From Azolla caroliniana (lineage: Eukaryota; Plantae; Polypodiophyta): a stretch of DNA of 64,000 nucleotides. Within the stretch, counting starts at the first letter, position 1. Each line of letters opens with the position of its first letter. This document shows, piece by piece, positions 25,561-37,799 of this stretch. A model generated the notes under the pieces. It did no database searches. It had not been told where the DNA came from and saw nothing but the letters and a program-made list of their open reading frames with translations. The stretch spans positions 15,562,001 to 15,626,000 of the forward strand of contig JBHGNT010000010.1 of assembly GCA_043228905.1 (NCBI GenBank), given 5' to 3'. Both the position numbers and the translations under genes were made by a program.

Positions 25561-28500
25561 AAATATCTATGTTTATACAAATAGCATCAACTTCCAAAAG
25601 CATGAGTGTCACTGCATCATTGAGAAATCTATGTTTATATATAAATAGAATCAACTTCAAGAAGCACAAGTATCACCATATCATTATTTCTCACTTCTAT
25701 AGATTTATGGTTATGCAACATCAACATTCTTCAAAGTATATCAAAGTTTTCATGTAAAATTATGCAATATTGACACTATATTTCATAGTTGTCATGGATA
25801 TGTGTCATGTAGTGCTTATTGTGGCCTTTGTGATAGGTTTGGAGAATATGTTTCACTTTACGACTTGCTAATATAATATCTTAATCCAACTTTTTTTAAA
25901 TGACTACATCGCGTTTTGGTTCGATAGGAGAAGCCATTTTGATTATGGTGGTATAGATATGCAACCACATGAGCATAGCTAGAACTTGATAAGAGGAAAG
26001 GCCAACTTCTCATAGAAAGCATCTTTAATTTGCAATATAAAATTGTTCTTATAAACAACTAATGAGGTGAACATTGCATTTGGCAACCTCAATTAGATAT
26101 CATATTAAGAAATGAATAAAAACTTATAACCATTATGAGTTATTTAGAAGTATTTCATAACAAATCCTTGTGGAAAGAGTTCATCCTCACAATACCAATT
26201 GAATAATGTCAATTCATCACTTGAAATTATAGGCTTCTTACAAGTTCACATTTGTTCTTTAGTTTAGTACACATTTATATATGTTTCCTTCAATTCAACA
26301 AATTTTTAGCTCAAAACCTTGTATGTGAGGTACCTCAAAGTTCACAATCACTTAAATGTGGATAGAAAAGAAAAGAGAATAGTGCAAAATGGAACAAGGC
26401 CATGTGTATGCACATGGCATTATTTATAAAATATTGTAGATAAGGAGGTGGCATTATAAGTTTAGTTTGTTTGGAAGTCATGGAGAGTCAAAGGTCGTCG
26501 AAAACTTAGATTATATGTGGTGACAATTAAATGTAAGACCTACCAATGATCACATGCTATTATTGTTATATTGGTGAGAGAAAAATATTGTAAGACAAAC
26601 ATAATTTTAGTTACTTGAGTTGTTTAAGTGCAATGGATGTTGCCTACAAAGGAATATGCTTGTTGATGAGGCCGAGAGGATGCCATATGAAAACATGTTT
26701 GTTTGGAATTGTTTTGTATGTTGTAGCTAATATGCCTTTTCAAAAACTAATGGAAGTATATTTTGTTATGAAAAATAAAAATAAAAATTGTAAGCTTTTG
26801 GGCGGACAAGCTCAAGTTGTAGCCTTCAGGTGTTTTTCGTTAATACTACTAAAGAAAATCTTTGAAGAAAAAAAAAGGATGTTGCCTATAGAAAAAGGCT
26901 TGTACACATGGATATAGTTGTCAAACTTCAAGGGTCCCAAAGGTAAAGCTAAGAGTTCCTTCGTACATTCAACAATAGGAATGGGATGGCCAACCATCTA
27001 AGTCAATTGGGAATAGTTCTTGAAGATTAGAGCTCACGAGTGATGATACAGAAAACACGACAAACATGAAATCTTTTCACACTTGATTCGGAAAGGCAAG
27101 GAGGGTGTAAGTTCTCATGTGAGCATGACATAGATATCCAATATTTGTTAATAATAAGTGGCTACTTTCAACATTCTCTTTTTTCTAACTGTATACTGAT
27201 GTTATATCTTTTAACTTTGTCTTTTACGAAAGATTCTAAAAGGGTCTTGTCGAAGAGGTTAGAAATAAAAAATGTCTAAAAGCCAATCTTAGGGCTTATA
27301 CTACTAATCTACATGTTTGGGGCCTGGGCTACCAATTTGGTCAATTGAACCAAGTAGTTCATTTGAATATGTTGCAAATGCATTCTAATTTTATGCTTTG
27401 ACGAGGAGAGGAGGCGGTAATTGTTGCTAAAAATGGACGTTTCATCCTATATATATTTGACTTTGACTCGCTTAAAGCATTGTATGGGTACAAGTTGATC
27501 TTATTTTCATGAAGTCTAATTTAAAATACTTAAGGTCTACTAGTTGAACACTCAGACCTCCCAACGTTATAATCTTGCAAAAGTTAAAGAACTATAGAAG
27601 TAACCTATCCACAATGACTTATTTGCCTTCTCATGAGAGATGTATTAATATCTCATAATGTTCCTACAAACTCCATTTCCTAAAATGCAAATGAAATATA
27701 CATATACCTACTTGTTCACTACAAAATGTAGAGTTAAATAAAGCCTCAAAGTCTAGGTAAAACTTTTTTGTTATTCATTTCACATTATGATGCAACAATA
27801 TAAGGTGGAGCAAAATGAGATTTTTTTTGAACTCCAAATGAGAGCTTGGTATGCCTTTGGCATTTAGATAGAAATAATTGGTTAAGAGGGTGATTCCCCT
27901 ATTTATGTATAGTTTTTCTGTAATAATCTCTCCGAGCTAATGGGAAAGTAGCTTCTTTTTGGAATAAATAAATAAATTTGGTTAAGAGGTTAAGTTGTTA
28001 GAGACCCTAATCTCAAAGGCACATTATGGATAGACCTACAACCAAGAATATGAATAGGCCTCGGCTGAGTGATGCCAATCTAAAAATTCTCAGGATATTT
28101 TTGGAGAATCGATGAACGCATAAGAATTGACGCATACAATTGTATCGAGAAAGGCAACTTGAAATTTTGCCCTTTCCTGTTTGAATGCCAATTTCTTAGG
28201 AGCTTCTACACTATGGATCACCCTTCCTTTTAATGAAACTCTAGAAATGACCTTGATTCTCTTTAAAACCATGGAGATTTTTCAAGAATGCATGAAAAAT
28301 GAGGGGTGTTTCTAGAGTTTTTTTCGAAAACATAGTCTTATATATGGAAATGTGAAAGGGATACAAGATCATACAACTACTTTGAAAACTTGGCATGTGC
28401 ACAATATCCGTTATGAGCCCCTTGGATAATAATGGGTCGCCTTCTAAAACTAGGCCCTCATTCAAAGTGTGGTGCGCACAATGCAATCAGAACATTAAGA

Positions 28501-30945
28501 ATTATGCACGGTTCATTAAATATACTTTCAACAATCTTTCGGATCATGATGCTCATTGATGCATCTAATCATGAAAGAATCTCTTAAGTGCATGAGCATT
28601 TATGGCCAGTGTCATCACATGATTTTAAATCAAACAACATTACACATTCAAATCTCACACGCTTGGAGCTTGACAAGCAATACATGGAACTCGAAAAGGA
28701 AACTTCAAGTTAACATTTTCGTTATCCTATCTACTTTTTCCACATTCTTGAATGTAAATATAGTGTCTAATGAGTATGCTATATGTTATGGTCAAGGTCA
28801 CGAATAGATTGTTATTGTCTCGTTTTGGCTTAATAATGGTAGGCCCATAACACGTAGCCTTGTAGGTTATACCAATAACAAGATCCATGATCTAGTAGTT
28901 ATTCTCATTTGTACAATCAAAATATCATGGGATTAATCAACTAAAATAAATAAATAGCACCTCGTTTTATGAACTATGAATCATCATATCATGTGCATAT
29001 CAAAAGTCATGATTTGATCATCTATGATATTTTGAAATTAATTAAAGGTGATTGCACTTTTGTATTCAAAACCATGTTTAGTTCATGCAATATATTAATA
29101 TGTGTGATTCTGACAATACAAATGCATTGGAATGCTAAATGATCAGTTATAATATGCTCTACTTGACATCTGTCATTTTGTTTTTGCTTCAACAAATTAT
29201 GTCTAGTGTATTATAGACGCAATTCTAATACAATCAATGACTCAAACATGGGTCCAATGATTGTTGTTACCTATTTCATATGGATATATTTGAGGAATAA
29301 CCTTCTAATGGCATAACAACAAACCAACTATAATTTTATTGCATTCTATGAATATATGATGCAATATAAGAAATTAAATTCCATTCATTGGAAGCCACAA
29401 AGCTTAGGATTTTGTCTATTAAGTATATCGCAAGTAAAAGGTGGAAGGGGCTACTCCAACCTACTCATGAGAAACTTTTGTGACTTTGATATAAAAATGA
29501 CCAATGTAGGGCATTACCCTTTAAAATTAGTGTAGTTATCTACTTTCCACGTAAATCTACCCTTGTGCAAGCCAAGGACCATCCACGAACTACATCTATA
29601 TTGCAACCGTTGTTTTCAAAAAATGTGGATGAAATTCAAGAAATGCCCTAAAACAATATTCTCGATTTACGGCCACGATATTGAAATAGACGATTCGGAA
29701 TACACCTTGGTATCCTAATCTGGATAGAAATAAGCTTACATTCATTAAATATCTCCCATTACTACCCATCACAAGTAAAACAGTAGAATTCGTAAAAATG
29801 TCACTCATATTTGTTTGAACAAAGTTGCACATATGTCTTGACTCGTAAGGATTGCTAGGCGATAGGTGAGATATGGTTAGTTGAGAAGGGGAGAGAGAAA
29901 TTATTAATTTACATGAGCCGTAATGTCGGGCATTACATGAGGGAGGAATGAGAAAGCGAACAAAACAAATAAATGAAACAAATCATTACCTGATACAGCA
30001 CAAGAAATAAATGTACAACTCATTAAATGATCAAATCGTTACATGTATATCCAAACAAGAAAAACCGGGAAATACTTTTTAACTAGAAACATAACTAGAA
30101 AAGGACACATCCTGGAAGTTTTGATGCGGTATGGACAAACATGTAAAGTAAAAACAGACTTGGGTCATCAAACAGATAAGCATTGGAAGTTGTACATTCA
30201 AAATGTTACAAATATCAACAACTTGATTCAATAGAGAAGAAGCCTAAAGGTCCATGATTTTTAGTGACGAAAAAACAACCCATGTGGATGTGATCACGCA
30301 CCATGAATGGCTCTAAGAAATCACCTACAAAGACAAACTCTAGTCTCTAACTATTCAAGTGCAAGGCCAAGGTACGTGGGCACGAAAACATTTCACGAAG
30401 CGACCCATGAATTTGTGTGATCAATTGTTGAATGGTTACATTTAATATCCCTAATGCATTTAGGTATTCTCTAACACAATGAAAATGAAATGCATAAATC
30501 TCCTAGTCCATCAAACGTGGTCCAATGATCTAATGGGTATGCATAACATGCCACACCTATTTTATGTTCTAATCCAAGGTACTAAAGTAGTACAAGGTTA
30601 GGAAAGTGAAACATAAGATTACGATGGAAAAATCTCTTTCAAATATAGAAAAGGATCATTTTGATCAATGACATGCTCTTCAAATCCCTCTTAACATCAA
30701 AGTTTTTATAGAAGCATCATCAGTTTTCAAGAGAATGGAACTCCAAAACAATGGTATGCCCTTGAGATCTAATTTTGCTAGGCTCTTGGGAGGGGTGGAG
30801 TGAAAGGGTCATCCAAGATAAAGATCAAATAGGTGTAACCTTGAAACAAATGAGATAATTTTAGAATAGGTTAGATCATTAAGGTTTATCAACCTAAGAG
30901 CTTCTCAATTATGATGATAAAAATGTAGGCTACAACTTAAGTGGT

Positions 30946-33225
30946 TCATTCAAACAACTTCTCCCATACTTGGGCAAAAGCTTTCACAATGGTCCCATGG
31001 TGCTCCTTTACGTTTAGTGCTAAAAAACCATGGAGGAGATCTTCAAGACCCTTGGTCGAGTATATTTGATTCTCAAGAATCATATCGATCATGGAGTCTC
31101 TAAAATCTACCAACGGGTCACTGGAGCTTTTCACCATTGCGACACTCTTCCTTACCTTAACATTAACCTTACTTGCATTACGATCATTGCTACCTTCATC
31201 AGGACTTGTTAACAAATTGTAACTTCTCGAGTTCATTCTAATCACATTAGACTTGCATTTGTATACGAAACTACCTTCACTAAATTCCCCTTGGTTTGTT
31301 GTGGCTTCTCTTAGCAAATCATCATCATCATTACTTAGAGTCTTACAAAAACTTGATCCCCATGAGCTATTGTCATCATCCTCATTATCATCATTATGTG
31401 GTGGGAAGTGGCGGTGGGCTTGTTGATGATCTTCACCCAACACTAATTTCCACCTTGTTTGCGAGTTATCCGGTCGGGCAATGTCACAACCCGAAGTCCC
31501 TCTCCTTCTCCCTCTCCCTCTCCTTGCAATATCATTATGATATATCTTCATTTCGTCCATTGTGACTCTTCGTGAATCGTTGTCATAGACGTTGTAGAGG
31601 TTGTTGTTGATATTCGCATTGGCATGTCCACCATGCGAACACACGTTGCGTTTATCGTTATGATCAATTGAAGAAAGATCATTAACAATGCCATGCTTCA
31701 AGGGAGTGAAATGATCGACCAAGCAATGATTACAATCACTCGGAGGGGAAGGTGAGACACATCGGCGGTGTAAGTGCAACGGAGAAGAGGAAGGCCGAGG
31801 GTTCTTCGGAAGAAAAGCGAGACGGTTAGTAGAGCTCATGTGGTTACCAACAATGCTCGAGTTCAAGACATTAGGATCGGCACATAAATCCGAGCTCGAG
31901 CTCGGGCTCGAGGAGAGGCTGGGTCGACCAATTGTTGAGGGGACATCTCTTCTCTCGAGCGAGCTAGCCGAGAACAAGTTGTCGTCGCTAGTGAAGGACG
32001 GATCGACCGGATGCATCGGATAGGAATGAGGTTGTGTGGGATTCGGGGCTTCAAAGGAACTATACCCATGATCATCCCCATCGACCAATGTGTCACAAGT
32101 TGTGGCATTATCCCTAGGGCCACACCTTGAACCATACCCATGATCATCCCCATCAAGCAATGTGTCACAAGTTGTGGCATTATCCCTAGGGCCACACCTT
32201 GAACCATACCCATTATCATGCCCATTGACCAATGTGTCACAAGTTGTGGCCTCATCCCTAGGGTCACACCTTGTAAGGTCATTGGTATGTTGGGCCTCCT
32301 TCCTACCATGGCCATTGAATGCCACATCATGGATCACATTCTTCTTCATCTGAATCTTCTTCTTCTGATTGTTCTGCTTCTTCTTCTTCTTCTGCTTCTT
32401 GATCTTAATCTTCTCCTTCCTCTCCCCCCATTCGAGCAGAGGAGCTAATTGATCCTCGGATTGATTATTGCTTACACTACTACTATCGATTGAACCTTCA
32501 TTTCTGCTGCTATGTAACTGCTCCTTCTTGATCTCATCAGTAGCTTCTTCATTCTTTAATGTCTTTATATGCCCCCTCTCATGGATCTTCTTCTTCTTGT
32601 TGATGGGCCCCTTTGATAATCTTGTGAAACGCGATGAAGCAGAGCAATGGCAATCCACCAGAGAGGCGATGGTCACGTGCCTGACACTCTGCAGTGGCTT
32701 GTGGTGGGATTGAAGAGAGGCTACAGAACCATGCGGCGGCGAGTCTTGATCATCTGTTACAGCGGGTCGATTTGGGAGATGAGCTGCTGGGGATCGAAGA
32801 AGCATGAGTAGGGCAGGAGGTGCATTGGTCCGGAGGAGTGGAACAGGCGAGGGGAAGGGGGAGGGGGAAGGGGAGGGTGCAGGGGCCCCTGGAGGGTTCA
32901 AATTGTAATGACCTAAATGTGGAGGGGAAGAATCAGAGCAATGGAATTGTGGAGAGAAATCATCGCCATGATCGTGATATGGTAGATGTGGAGAAGGAGG
33001 AGGGTTAATCAGACTGTAATTGTAACACAATTGTGGTCCAGAAGGTGAGGGATGATTAGCAGGTCCATGGCTATACCTAATTTGAGCCAATTGTGGAGAA
33101 GAAGTAGATTCAGAAGAAGAAGAAGAAGATTCAGAAGAAGAAGACAACGATGATGATGATGATGAAGATGATTTCTTTGTGAGCTTTGGGAGCCAATTAA
33201 GACGAAGTTTAATGGATTTGCCCAT
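30946..33225 (-). CDS. OFP: OVATE family protein (transcriptional repressor), single exon, 759 aa
   Basis: C-terminal OVATE domain SVAMVKSSSDPLVDFRDSMIDMILENQI...LEDLLHGFLALNVKEHHGTIVKAFAQVW. N-terminal WLPKL motif. Long Ser/Pro/Lys low-complexity middle. Intronless, as is typical of OFPs. Confidence 0.93.
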   Translation of the reverse strand: MGKSIKLRLNWLPKLTKKSSSSSSSSLSSSSESSSSSSESTSSPQLAQIRYSHGPANHPSPSGPQLCYNYSLINPPPSPHLPYHDHGDDFSPQFHCSDSSPPHLGHYNLNPPGAPAPSPSPSPFPSPVPLLRTNAPPALLMLLRSPAAHLPNRPAVTDDQDSPPHGSVASLQSHHKPLQSVRHVTIASLVDCHCSASSRFTRLSKGPINKKKKIHERGHIKTLKNEEATDEIKKEQLHSSRNEGSIDSSSVSNNQSEDQLAPLLEWGERKEKIKIKKQKKKKKQNNQKKKIQMKKNVIHDVAFNGHGRKEAQHTNDLTRCDPRDEATTCDTLVNGHDNGYGSRCGPRDNATTCDTLLDGDDHGYGSRCGPRDNATTCDTLVDGDDHGYSSFEAPNPTQPHSYPMHPVDPSFTSDDNLFSASSLERRDVPSTIGRPSLSSSPSSSSDLCADPNVLNSSIVGNHMSSTNRLAFLPKNPRPSSSPLHLHRRCVSPSPPSDCNHCLVDHFTPLKHGIVNDLSSIDHNDKRNVCSHGGHANANINNNLYNVYDNDSRRVTMDEMKIYHNDIARRGRGRRRGTSGCDIARPDNSQTRWKLVLGEDHQQAHRHFPPHNDDNEDDDNSSWGSSFCKTLSNDDDDLLREATTNQGEFSEGSFVYKCKSNVIRMNSRSYNLLTSPDEGSNDRNASKVNVKVRKSVAMVKSSSDPLVDFRDSMIDMILENQIYSTKGLEDLLHGFLALNVKEHHGTIVKAFAQVWEKLFE
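32063..32272 (-). repeat. Three in-frame 72-bp (24-aa) tandem repeats inside the OFP
   Basis: RC(G/D)PRD(N/E)ATTCDTL(V/L)(D/N)G(D/H)D(H/N)GY(G/S)S x3; DNA period 72 bp (TACCCAT at 32063, 32135, 32207). Confidence 0.92.
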
Positions 33226-33451
33226 AATTTATGTATACATATTTAGTAATGGTTAAATTTTTTTGAGTCAGATGACATTATATATATGTATAGTGGTGGT
33301 CGAAAATTACATATAAATTCTTACAAATTTTAGGGAAATACCCAACGAATTCTGACAGTAGGTAAGATTTCGGAAAATATATATAAAGAGAAAGAAGGAG
33401 ATGGAGGGGGAGATTGAAGGGAACAGAAAGAATGGAGGAGTTGGGCGATGG

Positions 33452-33488
33452 CAGAAGAAGAAGAAGAAGAAGAAGAAGAAGAAGAAGA
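33452..33488. repeat. (AAG)n/(CTT)n microsatellite in the probable OFP 5' leader
   Basis: About 12 AGA units, ~230 bp upstream of the OFP ATG. Confidence 0.85.
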
Positions 33489-36400
33489 GGCGATGATCCC
33501 ATCTGTGCGTATTTATTTAATTTGTCTGTTTCCTTTATTTCTTTTATTTGTTTGTTAAAATTTCGTCCTACTGTAATATACTCGAATGCAATGGGAACCA
33601 TTCGTTTATTTCATACGAATGCATACGAATGCGTGTGTTATCAAAACATTCTTATGTTTTTACTTCTCTTTTTTTTTTTTTAATTTACAGTTTTTACCTT
33701 TAACTTTCTTACCTTATAATAAATAATGAATACCAAAGTATTGTTATTTTTCATACTTTGAGTAATGGCGAATGAGTGAAACATTCTCGAATGCGAATGC
33801 ACGTATGGTGCATACTATGTTTGTTTTATTTATTTATTTATTTTTCGTTTAATTTTATTTCTTGTCTTTGCAAGAGAGAGATGTATGTATGAATCCTATC
33901 AGGCAAAAGACTGAATCATCACATACTAATGTTTTTGGAAAATAATTAATATCTTTTATTTTTTGTAAAAAATTAAAATTTTTTAATATCTTTTATTTCC
34001 ACGAATATTCAACAACAATTTATTTGTTTATGATTCTCTCATGATTTGCCACGTGTACGAAGCAAGCCCCCTCGAACCTTTGTCCCTAGAAGTTCCGGCT
34101 GGCCGGCCGTCCGGACGTTTTGTCCACTTCGTAAACAAACACACCCTAGAACTCTGATGTCCCCCACCGACCGGCCATCCATTTTTAGTGAATCGGGCAG
34201 GGGCCCCGCATCACATCCCGGCATGTCCCATCAAAACAGTTTGCAGAGAAAATATTGATATTGGTGTGGAACGTTTGAACACAGTCCATGGAAAAGTAGA
34301 CCATATCGATGCTCGCTGACATCTCTCGTATGTAAAAAAGCCATGCTCGTCTCATGTGTTTATTATGAAATTTTTGTTGCTGCTTCTTTTTAAATGAAAT
34401 ATTGTGTTGTTAGAAGCTTCCCCTTTCCAGCTTTAGGTTGTAAATCGCGAGTATGTATTTATTTGGCATCAATTAAGTCTACCAACAAGTGATGGTCATC
34501 TCTCCTATGTGTGAATAGAGAATGAAGGATATGGCCAAATTTCCACCCTACATGGGGGGGTTTATTATCCACGGATATATTTTGTGTCATGGCACTTATC
34601 CGCCCTAAGGTTATAGCCAATCTTACGAAACCTAACATGTCCGCTTTTGGGCTTACTAGATGACAACATCAAACACGACCTATGACATTATAGTTAAACT
34701 TAAGTGCATTTTCATGACAATGTAGTTCTAAAAACCATTAAACATCCAAACGATGACTTTACCCTCAGTATTTATAATTCCAAATGAAGCAAAGGGAAAG
34801 AAAGCTAGAATGCAAATAATTGTTATCCATAAGCAAAACTCGATACCATGCGTTGTCGTTTTCTAACACGTATCATGATGCTTATTATTTGAACTGTGGA
34901 TTTTTATTTATTTCTGTGAGGTGATGTGCATCCATTTTGACATTTCATGTGAATCACATGATCATATTTTTACAACTTGTGTAAAGTGTAAAGCAATGTA
35001 GAGAGGCAATGGAGACTAATCACTTTGCAAAGTGAGTCCTTGCAAAAGTCAGATAATTGGGGCAATATTCAAGCTCATCATCATTGAAGACAAACATTTG
35101 AATATTTTCAAAGGGTGTGAACTTTGGAACTACATACAAATTAAGCTACTTGCTTTTTATTATTATGCTCTCCTTACTTTCCCAATTGATATGTGGATGG
35201 AGAAGGATATATGTGTAATTCATGTCTAATAGTGAATTTATTGGGGTTCATCATACTATTTGGGTGGGACAAAAATATGATTTATATCAAAACCCCCAAA
35301 TTATACTTGCCCATGATTCAAGTTGGCGTGAAACTTTTGATAACTCACATCAAGTTTGGTTGAATATTTTGGTTCAAACTAAGGACATTGTCACCTTTGA
35401 GATAGAAGTCTAAAATCATGGATTCGGAGATTAGCATAAAAGTCTATGCAAAACCTTTAGGCAAATTGCAATTAGCATTTTCAATGATGCATGTGTTATT
35501 CAAGACACGTGTTGAATCATCAAATGTCCTATTGAGTATTCAATTCTTAGAATACAAGTACTTCCCCAAAACTTCCCTCTACGGTCCCTTTTTTGGCAAG
35601 TTCACTCCTCTCTTCAACCCTATAATTCACATGGTTGAGTAAGGACGAGACCTCATGCAATGGTCATACATGGTTTGTAGGCAACGACCACAAGAAAGAA
35701 TAGAAGAGGGGGAATATGAATCTCCCTTTTCTTGTATCTAAAAATGATAATTAAAAAACGTGTTGCTTAATCTTATGTATTTTACCTTGGATGTTTAGCT
35801 ACACATTTCAGCATTGAAACATTGTTAAATTTTAGCAAACATAGATAAACGTCACGATTAATAACATTTTCTATAACACATGGCAATGCATGTTGTCAAA
35901 ACAAGACACATCGATAAATGATTTGTTTGGTGTTTGATCCTTCTTTAAGTGTGCGTATATCGAAACACGATCTCAATAACATATTCAAATGTTCTAGGAT
36001 CTTTATAATAATGCGCTATCTAATGATAGTTTGCATTTGGAATGCCATTAAGAAAATAAGCGATTAACCCTCGAGTCTCGATTTTTGAATTTGTGTTTGT
36101 GTACTATAATACAATGCTTTGGAGAGCATAATGACTTACTAGATAAAATCATTAGGTTTTGTGTTGCTTCAATTTGAGAAATTGACGTGTAAAGATGTCA
36201 ACAAAGTTATCCCATGCATAAGACAATTTATTTGCAATATAAAAGATTGCCTAACCAAGTGACAACTTTCCCACGCAACTCTTGAGTGAGATAGGTTATT
36301 TCCATACTATCAAGATTAGGGTGAAGTTCAAAATGAGACTCTCAAATACCTAGCCAAGTGAAAATTGCTTCCTCGACTATTTATTTTTTAACACCATCAA

Positions 36401-36736
36401 ATTACTTTAGATCAAATGAAGGTTCAACGTGATAGTCATCCTTTGTGTCAACATCCATTTGCATATTGGCAATATAAGATTTGAGAATATCATGAGATTT
36501 GGGAGTTTTGAAAACTCATGTAAAGTCATTAAGGTCATTGAGTGTTGTTGGTGGAAATAATTTTTTAAGCAAGACCTTGTCATTAAACATTTAGTAATAA
36601 TTGATATGAGAAGCCTTGTAAGCTTGACAAGTTCTCTTTTATTATGTTTATTGTTGGCTTCCTTAGACATCCAACTTTTGTTAGTGTAAAATCGTACACA
36701 ATTATATCCACCTCACTAATGTCAAGGGTCGATGTG

Positions 36737-37153
36737 TGTTGAGATATCAAGCTCAACTACATTTAGTTAGTTAGTCAACACATGTAACTTAGTAGTTACC
36801 TAAATAGAATCTAGTTAGTGTGTTGACCGTAAAGCCTTAAATAGGATTTTGTACTTGAGTGGGATACATGTAGATCCTCCACTCCCATGATCATTTAATA
36901 TAGGACTTACACCTTTGTACCTATACATGTGCACCTTTGCACATGAGATGTATATATACCTCATTGTGAGTATTTTTGTATTAGATGATGCTTTTTAATA
37001 TACACTCTCGTTAGTCATCCCCCATTTATATTATTGTTCATAAGTGTATCTTCCTCTCACACACATACACACACATATCACATAACCTTCCGTTGCTTAA
37101 CTACGCACATAATTAGTCACGAATTAACCCTAGTTAATTACCTATTATAAACA
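36737..37153 (+). mobile_element. Solo LTR (Copia-related), 417 bp
   Basis: TGTTGAGA...TAAACA with 5-bp TSD ATGTG (36732-36736 / 37154-37158). Its first ~20 nt resemble the Copia LTR at 61243. Confidence 0.9.
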
Positions 37154-37799
37154 ATGTGTTCTGAATATTTATTTTCCTCCTTTTATTTTCTCTTGACGTT
37201 GGGCATTCCATAATCTCCAGTGTGTACGTGCCTGTAAATGTATTCTTGCTTCTAGTGTTGTACCAATGCACCTTTATAGACTTGATTAGTGATATGCTTT
37301 CATGCATCACTACATCCACAACTTTACCAATCCAAAATTGGTAGCCTGTATTAGAGATTAGGTACTAAAGTAAGCATAAAATAAGGATATATCAATGATA
37401 GATCTAGAAAGAATAGAGAGAAAAGAGAGAAAGAAGGGTGCCGATCCACCCGACCACCCCCGAGCGAAGGGATCGAGACGGACTCGAGCCTCGATCGGCG
37501 TCCCATACCACCGCCTTGGCGTCGAGTCGTACCTGGATGATAGCGCGCTTGCTACAAGAGTCGTTCCACTCACGGACAGAGTCTCGACGTAGTCAATGCA
37601 TGATGAAATGAGGGTAGCTAGGCCTCTTATTTATAGTAATTCTCAAGGCCCCCAGCCATGTTCACACTTGGCCTCATGGGTTGTCTCAATCCCGAGGATT
37701 AAAAGTAATCCTCCCCTTCTTTAGACTCTTTGTTTAACCCTCACACTTATCCACGTGTATAGAATACTACGACAATTCTCACCACGGGATATTATATGG

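Noticed and set aside
25570-30240. Scattered 60-100 aa ORFs
   Set aside because: No coherent protein signal. Some LINE-like traces (~26500-27100, ~28000-28500) are too decayed to support a call.
31030-33008. Antisense and alternate-frame ORFs over OFP
   Set aside because: By-products of low-complexity and tandem-repeat coding sequence.
33595-33810. Possible MITE with CGAAT/ATTCG motifs upstream of OFP
   Set aside because: Motifs are present, but no clear TIR or TSD.
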